Below, piece by piece: positions 1 through 10,000 of a DNA stretch of 64,000 nucleotides (positions are counted from its first letter, which is position 1; every line of letters begins with the position of its first letter). The stretch lies in assembly GCA_017548065.1 (NCBI GenBank), contig JAFYNQ010000027.1:9872-73871 (forward strand), given 5' to 3'. The notes beneath the pieces are model-generated. The model was not told where the DNA came from and ran no database searches. It saw only the letters and a program-made list of their open reading frames with translations. The translations under genes and the position numbers were made by a program. Origin of the DNA: Oscillospiraceae bacterium (lineage in GTDB: Bacteria > Bacillota > Clostridia > Oscillospirales > Oscillospiraceae).

Positions 1-1
1 C

Positions 2-565
2 GTAATTCTTGCATCCCAATCTCCCAGGCGACGGGAGCTTATGGGTCTTTTCCGTATCCCCTTCACCGTGCAGGTGGCAGATGTGGATGAGACCATGGAT
101 CCCAACAAAGCGCCCTATGACCAGGTGGCGCAGATCAGCCGTCGGAAGGCAGAGGCCATTGCCCGTCTGCCTCAGGATGTGGTGATCGCTGCGGACACCA
201 TTGTGGTCTGCGATGGGAAAATACTGGGTAAGCCCAGGGACGAGGCGGATGCATTTCGCATGCTGCGGCTTCTCTCCGGCAGACAGCACCAGGTAATGAC
301 CGGCATGACAGTGCTTTACGGCAATACCTGCGTCAGCTGCACCGAGGTGACGGATATCCACTTCCGCCCTCTTACAGACGGTGAGATCCTGGCATACATC
401 GCCACAAAAGAACCCATGGACAAAGCCGGTAGCTACGGCATCCAGGGCGGCGCCGCGTTGTTTGCGGAGCGGCTGGAGGGCGATTATTTCAATGTAGTGG
501 GACTTCCCGTGTGCAGATTGGGAAAAATTCTGCGGGAGGCCGGTGTTTTGGAGGATAGCGTATGA
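2..565 (+). CDS. maf: Maf family nucleoside triphosphate pyrophosphatase (5' end outside window)
   Basis: Frame is open from position 2 (VILASQSPRRRELM, Maf N-terminal motif), so the ATG at 41 is internal; IAADT, ILGKP, DKAGSYGIQG, NVVGLP motifs. Confidence 0.93.
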   Translation, partial: VILASQSPRRRELMGLFRIPFTVQVADVDETMDPNKAPYDQVAQISRRKAEAIARLPQDVVIAADTIVVCDGKILGKPRDEADAFRMLRLLSGRQHQVMTGMTVLYGNTCVSCTEVTDIHFRPLTDGEILAYIATKEPMDKAGSYGIQGGAALFAERLEGDYFNVVGLPVCRLGKILREAGVLEDSV

Positions 566-1392
566 GACATATAATTTCCACCCGTGTAAAGGTGGTTTTG
601 GTGATCGCTGCCCTGCTGGTGTTGGTGCTGGCGGTGGTCAGCAGCCTTACGGGTATCAGCATACCCGATATGTTTGTAAAAGGTGTCCTGACACCCATCC
701 GTGCCGGTGCAAGCCGGCTGACGGAGCAGGTGGAGCAGGTGTATAACTATATGTTCGGCTACGAATCCCTGGCGGCTGAAAATGCCATGCTGAAGGAAAA
801 GATCGCCCAAATGGAGGGCGACGCCCGCCGTGCAGACTCTGTTTCCCGTGAGAATGAGCGCCTCCGTGCGCTGCTGGAGCTGAAGACCGACCACGAGGAT
901 TACAAGCTGGTGGATTGTTATATTATATCCCGAAGCTCCCAGCAGTGGTCAAGTACCTTTACCATCAACAAGGGTACGGCTTCCGGCATTGAGGCCGGTA
1001 TGTGCGCCGTCACCGCAAACGGTGAGCTGGTGGGACTGGTCAGCGAGGCAGGTGCCAACTATGCGGTGGTCAAGTCGGTGCTGGACTCCTCGCTGGAAAT
1101 TTCTGCCACCATTTCCTCCTCCGGCTATAACGGTATGGTGCAGGGTGGCTACGCATCCGGTCTTGAGGGACTTTTGCGCATGAACTACCTGCCCAGCTCT
1201 GCGGTGATCCGCAACAAAGACCAGGTGGTCACCTCCGGTTCTACGGTGTACCCCCGTAACCTGATCATGGGCTATGTGGTGGATGCCGGCTTTGATGACA
1301 CCGGTGTGGCAAAGTATGCCCTTTTGGAGCCTGCCGTAAATATCGGCAGCCTGGAGCAGGTATTTATTATTACAGAATATCAGGTTGAGTGA
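562..1392 (+). CDS. mreC: Rod shape-determining protein MreC
   Basis: N-terminal TM, coiled coil (ENERLRALL), TINKG, GLVG-like and VVTSG motifs; ATGA overlap with maf. Confidence 0.92.
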   Translation: MRHIISTRVKVVLVIAALLVLVLAVVSSLTGISIPDMFVKGVLTPIRAGASRLTEQVEQVYNYMFGYESLAAENAMLKEKIAQMEGDARRADSVSRENERLRALLELKTDHEDYKLVDCYIISRSSQQWSSTFTINKGTASGIEAGMCAVTANGELVGLVSEAGANYAVVKSVLDSSLEISATISSSGYNGMVQGGYASGLEGLLRMNYLPSSAVIRNKDQVVTSGSTVYPRNLIMGYVVDAGFDDTGVAKYALLEPAVNIGSLEQVFIITEYQVE

Positions 1393-1397
1393 GGCAT

Positions 1398-1970
1398 ATG
1401 GCAAGAAAGAACGAATTTAAGCCGGATAAACCATATTCCGGTTTTTGGGAAAAGCTGCTGCTGACCCGGCTGCAGAGAAGGGCGCTGCTGAAATGGTGTC
1501 TGTATTCTCTGGTGCTGGTGGTGCTGTCGGTGCTGCAGGATGTGCTGCTGTGCCGTGTGCAGATCTTCGGGGCAACCACGGAGCTGGTACCCTGCGGTGT
1601 TTTCCTGGTGTGCCTTCTGGAGGGCGCAGACCGGGGCTGCATCTTTGTGCTGGTGGCATCTCTTCTGTATCTGTTCAGTGGCAGCGCCGCAGGCATCTAT
1701 GTGATCCTGTTTATGACAGCGGTTGCCATCGGTGCCACCTGGGTGCGCCAGCGTTACCTCCAAAGCGGCTTCGGCGCAGCTATGGTCTGCACGGCTGCTG
1801 CGATGGTCGTGTATGAGCTGGCGGTATTTATCATCGGCGCATTTTTGGGACTGACCACCCTGGGAAGAGTGGGCAGCTTCCTGCTCACAGCGCTGCTGAC
1901 CATGATCCCGGCACCTGCCATCTACCTTGTTTTGCGAGCCATCGGCGGAGGCGATATATGGAAAGAATAA
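1398..1970 (+). CDS. mreD: MreD-like rod shape membrane protein
   Basis: Multi-TM hydrophobic protein between mreC and pbp2; ATG at 1398 after GAGG. Confidence 0.7.
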   Translation: MARKNEFKPDKPYSGFWEKLLLTRLQRRALLKWCLYSLVLVVLSVLQDVLLCRVQIFGATTELVPCGVFLVCLLEGADRGCIFVLVASLLYLFSGSAAGIYVILFMTAVAIGATWVRQRYLQSGFGAAMVCTAAAMVVYELAVFIIGAFLGLTTLGRVGSFLLTALLTMIPAPAIYLVLRAIGGGDIWKE

Positions 1971-4027
1971 CCCGTGTGAGAGCCAGGATCTCTATCATTA
2001 TCTTTACGGTGATCATCCTGCTGTTCGGCTTTAAGCTTTACGATCTGCAGATCGTGGAGACCGGCGGCGGTAAGACGGATAACGTCACCACCTTTACCAC
2101 CCGCGTCCGTGTGAAGGCGGCGCGTGGTGACATACTGGATACCAACGGTAACCTGCTGGTCAGTAACCGTGCCAGTTATGACCTTGTGATCAATCATTAC
2201 GTGCTGATCACCGCTGACGGCACCAATGAGTATCTGTATAAGCTGGTAAAGCGTTGCCAGGAGGCAAATGTCTCCTATACCGAGCATTTTCCCATCTCCC
2301 TGGAGCGCCCCTTTGTGTATGAGCTGGATAAGTACAACTCCTCCTGGCAGGGCTATTTCCAGCAATACTTAAATGATGTCTGTGAGCTGGACTCGGATAT
2401 TTCCGCACCGCTTCTGGTGGAGCGTCTGCGCCAGCGCTATGATATCCCGGCAGAGTGGACAGACGATGAGGCACGCCAGGTCATCGGTCTGCGTTACGAA
2501 ATGGATCTGCGCAGCTGCATCGGCAGCCTGCCGCTGTATATTTTCCTTCCCGACGTCAGCGACGAGAACCTGTCTGCCATCATGGAGCTGAACATTCCCG
2601 GACTGATGGTGGAGGCGTCCACCGTGCGTGAATACAACACAAGATACGCTGCTCATGTGCTTGGCTTCGTGGGTGCTATGAATGCCCAGCAGTGGGAAAA
2701 ATACAAGGATAATCCTGACTATACCATGGACTCTGAGATCGGCCAGGATGGCTTTGAGGCTGCTTTTGAAGAGTATCTCCACGGTGTGGACGGCATCCGT
2801 GAGGATACGGTGACGGTCTCCGGCGAGCTGGTGTCCCAGCGATTCCTGGTTGAGCCCAAGGCAGGCAGCAACGTGGAGGTGTCCATTGATGTGAACCTCC
2901 AGGGCATTGCAGAGGACACCATGGCGGATATCTACGCAAGTCTTCGTGCCAATCCCGAGGGCGACGGCGCCGACGTGCAGGGTGGCGCTGTGGTTGCCAT
3001 TGACGTTAAGACCGGTCAGGTGCTGACCTGCGCCAGTAACCCCACCTACGATCTTTCCAATTTCTTTGAGGATTACAACGAGATCCTGGAAATGCCCTTT
3101 GACCCCCTTTACAACCGTGCCCTTTTGGGTGAATATCCCCCCGGCTCCACCTATAAGATGTCCATGGTGGTGGCAGGCATCAACAACGGCTACATCAATT
3201 CCGAGACCCTGGTCTACGATAGGGGTGTCTATGATAAGTATGGCCCGGAATTTGCCCCCAAGTGCTTGTACTACACCAACTACGGTCAGCTCCACGAGAA
3301 CGTGAACGCAGCGGTGGCGCTGCAGGTCTCCTGTAACTACTTCTTCTACGATCTGGCGGACAAGATCGCCTTGAGCGCCATGGATGACACGGCTAAATAC
3401 CTGGGACTGGGCGAAAGCTCCGGCATTGAGTTGTATGAAAACATCGGTCACCGAGCCAATGCGGAGACAAAGGAAAAGCTCCACGGCGAAGAGTGGTTCA
3501 AGGGTGACCAGATCACCGCAGCCATCGGTCAGTCGGACAACCGATTCACCCCCATGCAGCTGTGTGTGTACGCAAGTACCCTTGCCAACCGTGGCACCCG
3601 TTACAGAGCCACCTTCCTGAACCGTGTGGTTTCCGACGATTACCGCAGCCTGATTTATGACAATGAGGTGAAGGTGGCAAGCCAGTTTGACATCAATGAC
3701 GATGCCTACAAGGCTTACACCGAGGGTATGCAGCTGGTTACCCAGAAGACAGACTGGACGGGTACTGCTTACTCTACCTTTAAGAATTACCCCATCGCTG
3801 TGGCGGCAAAGACCGGCACTGCGGAAAACGGCATCAACGATGCCTCTGCCCATGGCGCATTCGTGTGCTATGCTCCTGCGGATGATCCTCAGATCGCCAT
3901 TGCCATTTACGGTGAGCGTGCCGGTCACGGCAGCTACCTGGCGCCCATTGCCAAGGCTATGCTGGATGCCTACTTTGAGGTAGGCGAGGTGGGCGATGTT
4001 GCAACCTATGAAAATCAACTCAGCTAA
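1958..4027 (+). CDS. mrdA: Class B penicillin-binding protein 2 (elongation transpeptidase)
   Basis: N-terminal TM, ARGDILD dimerisation motif; catalytic STYK (SxxK), SCN (SxN), KTG. Confidence 0.9.
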   Translation: MERITRVRARISIIIFTVIILLFGFKLYDLQIVETGGGKTDNVTTFTTRVRVKAARGDILDTNGNLLVSNRASYDLVINHYVLITADGTNEYLYKLVKRCQEANVSYTEHFPISLERPFVYELDKYNSSWQGYFQQYLNDVCELDSDISAPLLVERLRQRYDIPAEWTDDEARQVIGLRYEMDLRSCIGSLPLYIFLPDVSDENLSAIMELNIPGLMVEASTVREYNTRYAAHVLGFVGAMNAQQWEKYKDNPDYTMDSEIGQDGFEAAFEEYLHGVDGIREDTVTVSGELVSQRFLVEPKAGSNVEVSIDVNLQGIAEDTMADIYASLRANPEGDGADVQGGAVVAIDVKTGQVLTCASNPTYDLSNFFEDYNEILEMPFDPLYNRALLGEYPPGSTYKMSMVVAGINNGYINSETLVYDRGVYDKYGPEFAPKCLYYTNYGQLHENVNAAVALQVSCNYFFYDLADKIALSAMDDTAKYLGLGESSGIELYENIGHRANAETKEKLHGEEWFKGDQITAAIGQSDNRFTPMQLCVYASTLANRGTRYRATFLNRVVSDDYRSLIYDNEVKVASQFDINDDAYKAYTEGMQLVTQKTDWTGTAYSTFKNYPIAVAAKTGTAENGINDASAHGAFVCYAPADDPQIAIAIYGERAGHGSYLAPIAKAMLDAYFEVGEVGDVATYENQLS

Positions 4028-4040
4028 GAGGAGGATAACT

Positions 4041-5345
4041 ATGAAAAAGACAACCTTTATCACAGCCGGTGATGCATTCATCACCAAGCGCCTGCCGGAG
4101 GACGGCTACGAGGGCTTTGAAGAGCTGCAGGCTTGCATCAAGAGCCATGACGTGCGCTTTTTGAACCTGGAGTCCACCTTCCATGACTGCGAGGGCTACC
4201 CTGCTGCAGAAAGCGGCGGCACCTGGGCAATGTCCGATCCCCGTACTCTGGACGATGTGAAGGATCGCTACGGCTTCAACCTGTTCAACACTGCCAATAA
4301 CCACTCTGCCGACTACGGTGAGGGCGGCCTGCTGGCAACCATTCAGAACCTGAAGGACCGTGACATGGTATTCTCCGGTACCGGTGAGAATCTGGGTGAG
4401 GCTTCCAAGGCCTGCTACCTGGAGACAAAGCATGCCCGTGTTGCGCTCATCAGCTGCTGCGCCAGCACCAAGACGGCTGCCTGCGCAGGTGACCAGACCC
4501 GTAACCTTCCCGGCAGACCCGGCCTGAACCCCATGCGCTACAACGAGATCTACCACCTGGATCCCGAGCATTTTGAGATGGTGCAGAAGGTGGCTGCTGT
4601 CAGCGGCATCAACCGCACCAAGGAAAAGTCCATCCGTAACGGCTATGTTATGCCCTTCAAGGAGGGTACACAGCCCCTGGGTACCATCAGCTTCAAGCTG
4701 GATGACCACTGCTGGATCGAGAATGTTCCCAACGAGAAGGATATGCGTCGCATGGAGGAGGAGATCCGTGAGGCTCGCCGCCAGGCTGACGTGGTGCTGG
4801 TGAGCATCCATAACCACTACCTGGACGGCTACGATAACACCAAGGCTCCCAAGTTCCTGGAGATCTTCTCCAAGCGCTGCATTGATGCAGGCGCCAGCGT
4901 CATCATCGGCCACGGTCCTCACGAGCTGCAGGGCATTGAGCTGTACAACGGCGGCGTGATCTTCTACAGCATCGGCAACTTCATTTTTGAGACCGAGACT
5001 GTGGAGTTCCAGCCCTGGGACGCTTACCACAACCGCAACATGAGCATCACCGACACCAAGGTGGGCGCATACATGGATGACCGCAGCAAGAACGGTACCC
5101 AGGGTTACTGTGTCCAGTGGCCCATCTGGAACGCTGTGATGGCAGCCTGGACCATGGAAGACGGCGAGATCACCGAGGTGCAGCTGCACCCCGTGGACCT
5201 GGGCATGGAAAAGTCCCGTGGCACCAAGGGTCGTCCCGTGATGAACCACTCTGTGGAGATCCTCAACTACCTGCAGGGCATCTGCGATCCCTACGGTACC
5301 AAGATTGAGATCCGTGACGGCACCGGCTACATCAAAGTAAAATAA
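4041..5345 (+). CDS. CapA family metallophosphoesterase (poly-gamma-glutamate synthesis protein-like)
   Basis: AGD, NLE, TANNHSADYG, IGHGPH, YSIGNF motifs; ATG 4041 after GAGGAGG. Confidence 0.85.
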   Translation: MKKTTFITAGDAFITKRLPEDGYEGFEELQACIKSHDVRFLNLESTFHDCEGYPAAESGGTWAMSDPRTLDDVKDRYGFNLFNTANNHSADYGEGGLLATIQNLKDRDMVFSGTGENLGEASKACYLETKHARVALISCCASTKTAACAGDQTRNLPGRPGLNPMRYNEIYHLDPEHFEMVQKVAAVSGINRTKEKSIRNGYVMPFKEGTQPLGTISFKLDDHCWIENVPNEKDMRRMEEEIREARRQADVVLVSIHNHYLDGYDNTKAPKFLEIFSKRCIDAGASVIIGHGPHELQGIELYNGGVIFYSIGNFIFETETVEFQPWDAYHNRNMSITDTKVGAYMDDRSKNGTQGYCVQWPIWNAVMAAWTMEDGEITEVQLHPVDLGMEKSRGTKGRPVMNHSVEILNYLQGICDPYGTKIEIRDGTGYIKVK

Positions 5346-5357
5346 TTTCCCATACAC

Positions 5358-5396
5358 TGTCGTTGCGAGGCTGCGAAGCAGCCGTGGCAATCCCCC
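5358..5396. repeat. Intergenic palindromic REP-like element
   Basis: TTGC..GGCTGC-GAA-GCAGCC..GCAA nested inverted repeat; resembles the GTCATTGCGAG...GCAATC intergenic repeat type. Confidence 0.5.
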
Positions 5397-5442
5397 TCTT
5401 GACAGAAAAGGAAATTTGTAGGGGCCGATATAAACAGCTTGT

Positions 5443-5465
5443 GTAGGGAGGCATTCATACCTCCC
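5443..5465 (+). repeat. GTAG-type REP-like palindrome
   Basis: GTA-GGGAGGcat-tc-ataCCTCCC; related copy at 6865-6887. Confidence 0.55.
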
Positions 5466-5500
5466 AAAAACATATTACCTAATGAACGGAGTATAGAATT

Positions 5501-6814
5501 ATGAACGGTTATGAACTGATTGCAAAGGTTGCGGAAGAGAGTCGGGAGGAAATGGTCGCCCGTCGCCGTGACTACCATAAGTATGCAGAAAGCGGCTGGT
5601 TTGAGATGCGCACCTCTTCTCTCATTGCCCGGGAGCTGACCAATCTGGGTTACGAAGTCCTCATGGGCGAGGACGTGTGCAACCCCGAGGACCGCATGGG
5701 CGTGCCGGACGAGAAGGAACTGGAAGAGAGCTATGAAAGAGCGGTTGCCCAGGGCGCTGATCCCGAATTTGTAGTGCGTACCCGTGGCGGTAAGACCGGT
5801 GTCATCGGCATTCTTCGCTGCGGCGAAGGCCCCACTGTGGCAATGCGTTTTGATATTGATGCCTTGGGCGTTTATGAGTCCGACGAGGCTGACCACAAGC
5901 CTATGGCAGAGGGCTTTGCCTCTGTAAACTACGGCACTATGCACGCTTGCGGCCATGACGGTCACGCTACCATCGGCCTGGGTGTTGCCAAGGCACTGAT
6001 GGCGGTAAAGGATCAGCTGCACGGCACTGTCCGCCTGATCTTCCAGCCCGGCGAAGAGGGTGTCCGTGGTGCAAAGGGCATCGTGATGAAGGGTCATCTG
6101 GATAACGTGGACTACTTCCTCAGCGGTCACATTTCCAAGCACCAGGCAGACGATCCCGGTGTGTTTGTTGCCAACTCCTACGGCGCACTGGCTACCTGCA
6201 AGTATGACGCTGTTTACCACGGCTTTGCTGCCCATGCCGGCGGCAGCCCCAACAGCGGCAAGAACGCAATGCTGTCTGCTTGTACTGCTGTGCTGAACCT
6301 GCAGGCCATTCCCCGTCACGGCGGTGGTGCTACCCGTATCAACGTGGGCAGACTGATCGCCGGTTCCGGCAGAAACGTGATCTGCGACGAGGCAAAGCTG
6401 GAGCTGGAGGTGCGTGGCGCAACTGCAGAGCTCAATGACTATATGTGCCAGCATGCCGAGCGCATCCTGAAGGCAGCAGCAGCTATGCATGACTGCACTG
6501 TGGATATCAAGCTGATGGGTTCTGCCATCCCCCTGAAGAGTGATGCAGAGCTGGCAGAGCGTGTCCGTAAGGTTGCCGAGGAGAAGATGGGTCTTGTCCA
6601 TGACAAGCGTGATACCTTCAAATCCTCCGGCAGTGAGGACTGCTCCTACATGATGCAGCGTGTCCAGGAGCAGGGCGGTCAGGCCATCTTTATGCGCCTG
6701 ATGACCACCATGGCAGCCGGCGGTCACAACCGTCGCTATGACTTTGGTGAAAAGGTGCTGGTGGACGGCGTAAAGATCTATGCCGGTGCAACACTGGACC
6801 TCATGAGCGAATAA
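5501..6814 (+). CDS. M20 family amidohydrolase (AbgA-like)
   Basis: RRDYHKYAESGW, RFDIDAL, MHACGHDGH, FQPGEEG, AHAG, SEDC motifs. Confidence 0.88.
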   Translation: MNGYELIAKVAEESREEMVARRRDYHKYAESGWFEMRTSSLIARELTNLGYEVLMGEDVCNPEDRMGVPDEKELEESYERAVAQGADPEFVVRTRGGKTGVIGILRCGEGPTVAMRFDIDALGVYESDEADHKPMAEGFASVNYGTMHACGHDGHATIGLGVAKALMAVKDQLHGTVRLIFQPGEEGVRGAKGIVMKGHLDNVDYFLSGHISKHQADDPGVFVANSYGALATCKYDAVYHGFAAHAGGSPNSGKNAMLSACTAVLNLQAIPRHGGGATRINVGRLIAGSGRNVICDEAKLELEVRGATAELNDYMCQHAERILKAAAAMHDCTVDIKLMGSAIPLKSDAELAERVRKVAEEKMGLVHDKRDTFKSSGSEDCSYMMQRVQEQGGQAIFMRLMTTMAAGGHNRRYDFGEKVLVDGVKIYAGATLDLMSE

Positions 6815-6821
6815 TACAGCA

Positions 6822-6852
6822 GCCCCGGTGGTAACCCCACCGGGGCATTTTT
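6822..6852 (+). terminator. Rho-independent terminator
   Basis: GCCCCGGTGG-taacc-CCACCGGGGC then ATTTTT, just after stop. Confidence 0.8.
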
Positions 6853-6864
6853 GCATTTCATACC

Positions 6865-6887
6865 GTAGGGGAGGCAATTTGCCTCCC
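6865..6887 (+). repeat. GTAG-type REP-like palindrome
   Basis: GTAG-GGGAGGCAA-T-TTGCCTCCC perfect inverted repeat. Confidence 0.6.
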
Positions 6888-6938
6888 GGTGATTTGTCGT
6901 TATCCCCCAATTTATTTCCGTCCTTTTGTACATTTTTA

Positions 6939-6968
6939 TTGACCAAACTATGTAAGTTATGGTATATT
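6939..6968 (+). promoter_or_regulatory. Putative sigmaA promoter for paralogue 1
   Basis: TTGACC-18 nt-TATATT with TG extended -10; AGGAGG RBS before ATG 7018. Confidence 0.55.
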
Positions 6969-7017
6969 TATAATGATATTGGGACGGTTTTGTTCCGAAA
7001 TTTAGGAGGATGATTTT

Positions 7018-10000
7018 ATGAAGCAGCGTTTGTTGGCATTCCTGCTGGCATTGGCAATGATTGCCTCTATGCTGGTAATGCCGGCTTCTGCGGAAACAGC
7101 GGAAGCAGACGTCACAGCGCAGACAGAGACCTGTCCCTGCGGCTGTGGAAAGACTCTTGACGAGATCACCTGGCGTGCATGGGATTCCAATTCCGCACCC
7201 CCTACCAGTGGTCACTACTACCTGGACGGCAATTACGTGCAGGATAAGCAGAAGGAGATCATGTCAGGTGACCGTGTGGTGCTTGACCTCCGTGGCAACA
7301 CCATTACATCCGCAGACTACGGCAGACTGCTGCTGGTCTACGGTCGCTTCCACCTGCTGGATACCGTAGGCGGCGGACGCTTCATGTCCAAGGTCTCCGG
7401 CGGCGCTTTTGGCGGTGTTGTTATGGTATCCACCAACGAGACTACGGATGCCATCTTTGAACTTTGCTCCGGCACGATCACCATTGACGAGGATAACAAG
7501 GGTAGCCGCCGTGGCGGTCTGATCCATCTGTCCTCTACCGCCAGCTTCCGCATGACCGGCGGTATGCTGCTCAACGGTACTACCGTCAGCACTGCAAACC
7601 CGGACACCAAGGAACCCGGCGGCTGTGTTGCGGCAGCAAGTGCTACCAGTACCATTGAAATTCTGGGCGGTAAGATCGTGGGCGGCGAGTCTGCTGCCCA
7701 AGGCGGTAATATCTACAGTGTGGGCACTACCATCCTGAAGAACTGTGAGATCATCGGCGGTGTGGCAGCCAGCTCCGGCGGTAACATCTACCAGACTGGC
7801 GGTAGCCTGACCATGGAAAATGTCATTGTCCGTGACGGTGTTACCAACGAAGATAAGCAAAGTGGCGGTAATATTGCAGTTCTCGGCAACGCAGATATGA
7901 CCGTAAAGGACTCTGTGATTCGCAACGGCTGGACAGCTTACCACGGTGGTAATATTTACATTGGCGCGGCCGATGTTGTTTTGGAAAATACTGTGATTGA
8001 AGCCGGTGTTGCCAAGAACCGTGGCGGCAATATTTACGGCGCTACCGATGCCACCGGTCTGACCATCCGTAATTGTGAGTTCCCCGGTGACGTGGCTTAC
8101 CTGGGTGCCGGCCTTAAGCTGGAAGGCAAGGTCAAGATCGGCCTTCTGAACTACGGTCTGCGTTTGAACTTTGGCGACTATAATGCAGGTATCATGGATG
8201 CCTCCGGTCTGACTGAGGGTTCTGAGATCTATGTGATCGCAAAGACTGTGTTTACAGATGCAAGTGCCAATATGGATTACTTTAAGGGCAGCAACCGCAC
8301 AGTGCTGACCCAGACAGAAGAGGGTATTTCCGGCGCTTATGCGGCTTCCGGTGAGTTGGGCGGCTACTGCCCCCACTGCGGTGAGCGTGTGATATGGACG
8401 GCATTCTCTACCACGGGTTCTTTGGTGAAGGATTGCTACGATGATGGAGCAGACGACACCGATCCTGCCTGCACCGGCAGACATGTGGAGTCCGGTCACT
8501 ACTTCCTGGGCGCTTCCATCAGCTCCATGGCCCAGTATTATATCGGCGCTTATATCAGCGGTGTTGGCACTGTGGCAACAGAGGATGTGGTCATCGACAT
8601 GGCAGGCTACAGCATCACTGCCACCGGCCGTGCCTTCTACCTGCGTCCCCAGGATGCAGACAAGAACTCTGACTCCCTGACCATTCTGGACAGCTACGGC
8701 GGCAGTAAGATCACCGGCAGCGGCGCGGCAAATCAGAGCGGCGGCGTTCTGTACAATGAAGGCGGCAATTTGACCATTTATGGCGGCACCTATATCTACA
8801 AGCCTAACTCTACCAGAAATATCACCGGTGGCGGTGTTGTTCAGGGCGGTTCCTATTTCAATATGTACGGCGGCACTTTGGACGGCAGTGCATTTGCCTA
8901 TACCGATCAGTCCACCACGGATAAAAAATATACCTACAATGGTGGCGCTCTGCATATGGGTAACGGCAACACCAAGCATTTCACCATGACAGCCGGTCGC
9001 CTTATCGGTGGCACAGCCCAGAGAGGCGGCTGTGTATACTTCGGCTATAATAACGTTGTCAATGTCACCGGCGGTCAGTTCTCCGGCGGTATCTCTGATA
9101 TGAACAGCGGCGGCGGTGGCGGCTGTATCCGTGTTTACGGTGAGAGCAGCTATAAGAGCGCCAAGTTCAATATGTCCGGCGCATCTGTCCGTGACGGCGA
9201 GGTCACCGGCACCTCTGCCGGCGGCGGTAACTTCAGCATCGCCTACGGTACATATAACATTTCCGATTGCTATATTGAAGGCGGCAAGGTGGTTGGCTAC
9301 GGCGGTAACTTCACCTGCGGTACCTCCGGCGTGATCACTGTCACCGATTGTATCATTGAAGGCGGCTACTCCGCTGCCCAGAGTGGTAACATCCATATGT
9401 CTGCTACCTCTGTTAAGACCAACTGGATCGACTGCATGGTTCTCAACGGCTCTGCTACCAATGGTGGCAACCTGAACTCCGGCAACGGTGAGAATATCAT
9501 CAAGGGCGGTCAGTATCTGTTCGGTGTGGCAAGAACCGCCCAAGGCGGCAACATTATTGTGTCAACCGGTAACAGCGGCGCTACCAACTTTACCAAGATT
9601 CTGGCAAATGACAAGGGCGAGGCTACCTTGCTGGCCGGCGGTACTGCCAAGACCTACGGCGGTAACCTGTATACAACCGGCACACTGGATTTGCAGGCAG
9701 CCAGCTTTGTAAATGGCACTGCAGCCTCCGGCGGCAGAGATATTTACCTCACTACGGGCAGCGGCAAGAGAACCATGACCGTGGGCGCCGGTGTCACCGG
9801 TGAAATTTCCGTGGCATTTGCGGCAGCTTTGTTTGGCGAAGAAGTTTACGGTCAGGCTATTTCTTACACGGCTTGCACGGAACTGAATGCCACCATGATC
9901 CTGGAAGGCAATTATAACAACGCAATTCTCTGCGCCAAGGACGGCAAGCTCTTTGTGGGCGCAATTGCCGTTACCGACGGCAACAGCTACACCTGGTATA

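Noticed and set aside
2369-6946. Antisense ORFs of 456-572 aa opposite pbp2, capA-like and amidohydrolase
   Set aside because: Overlap motif-supported + strand genes; same shadow effect
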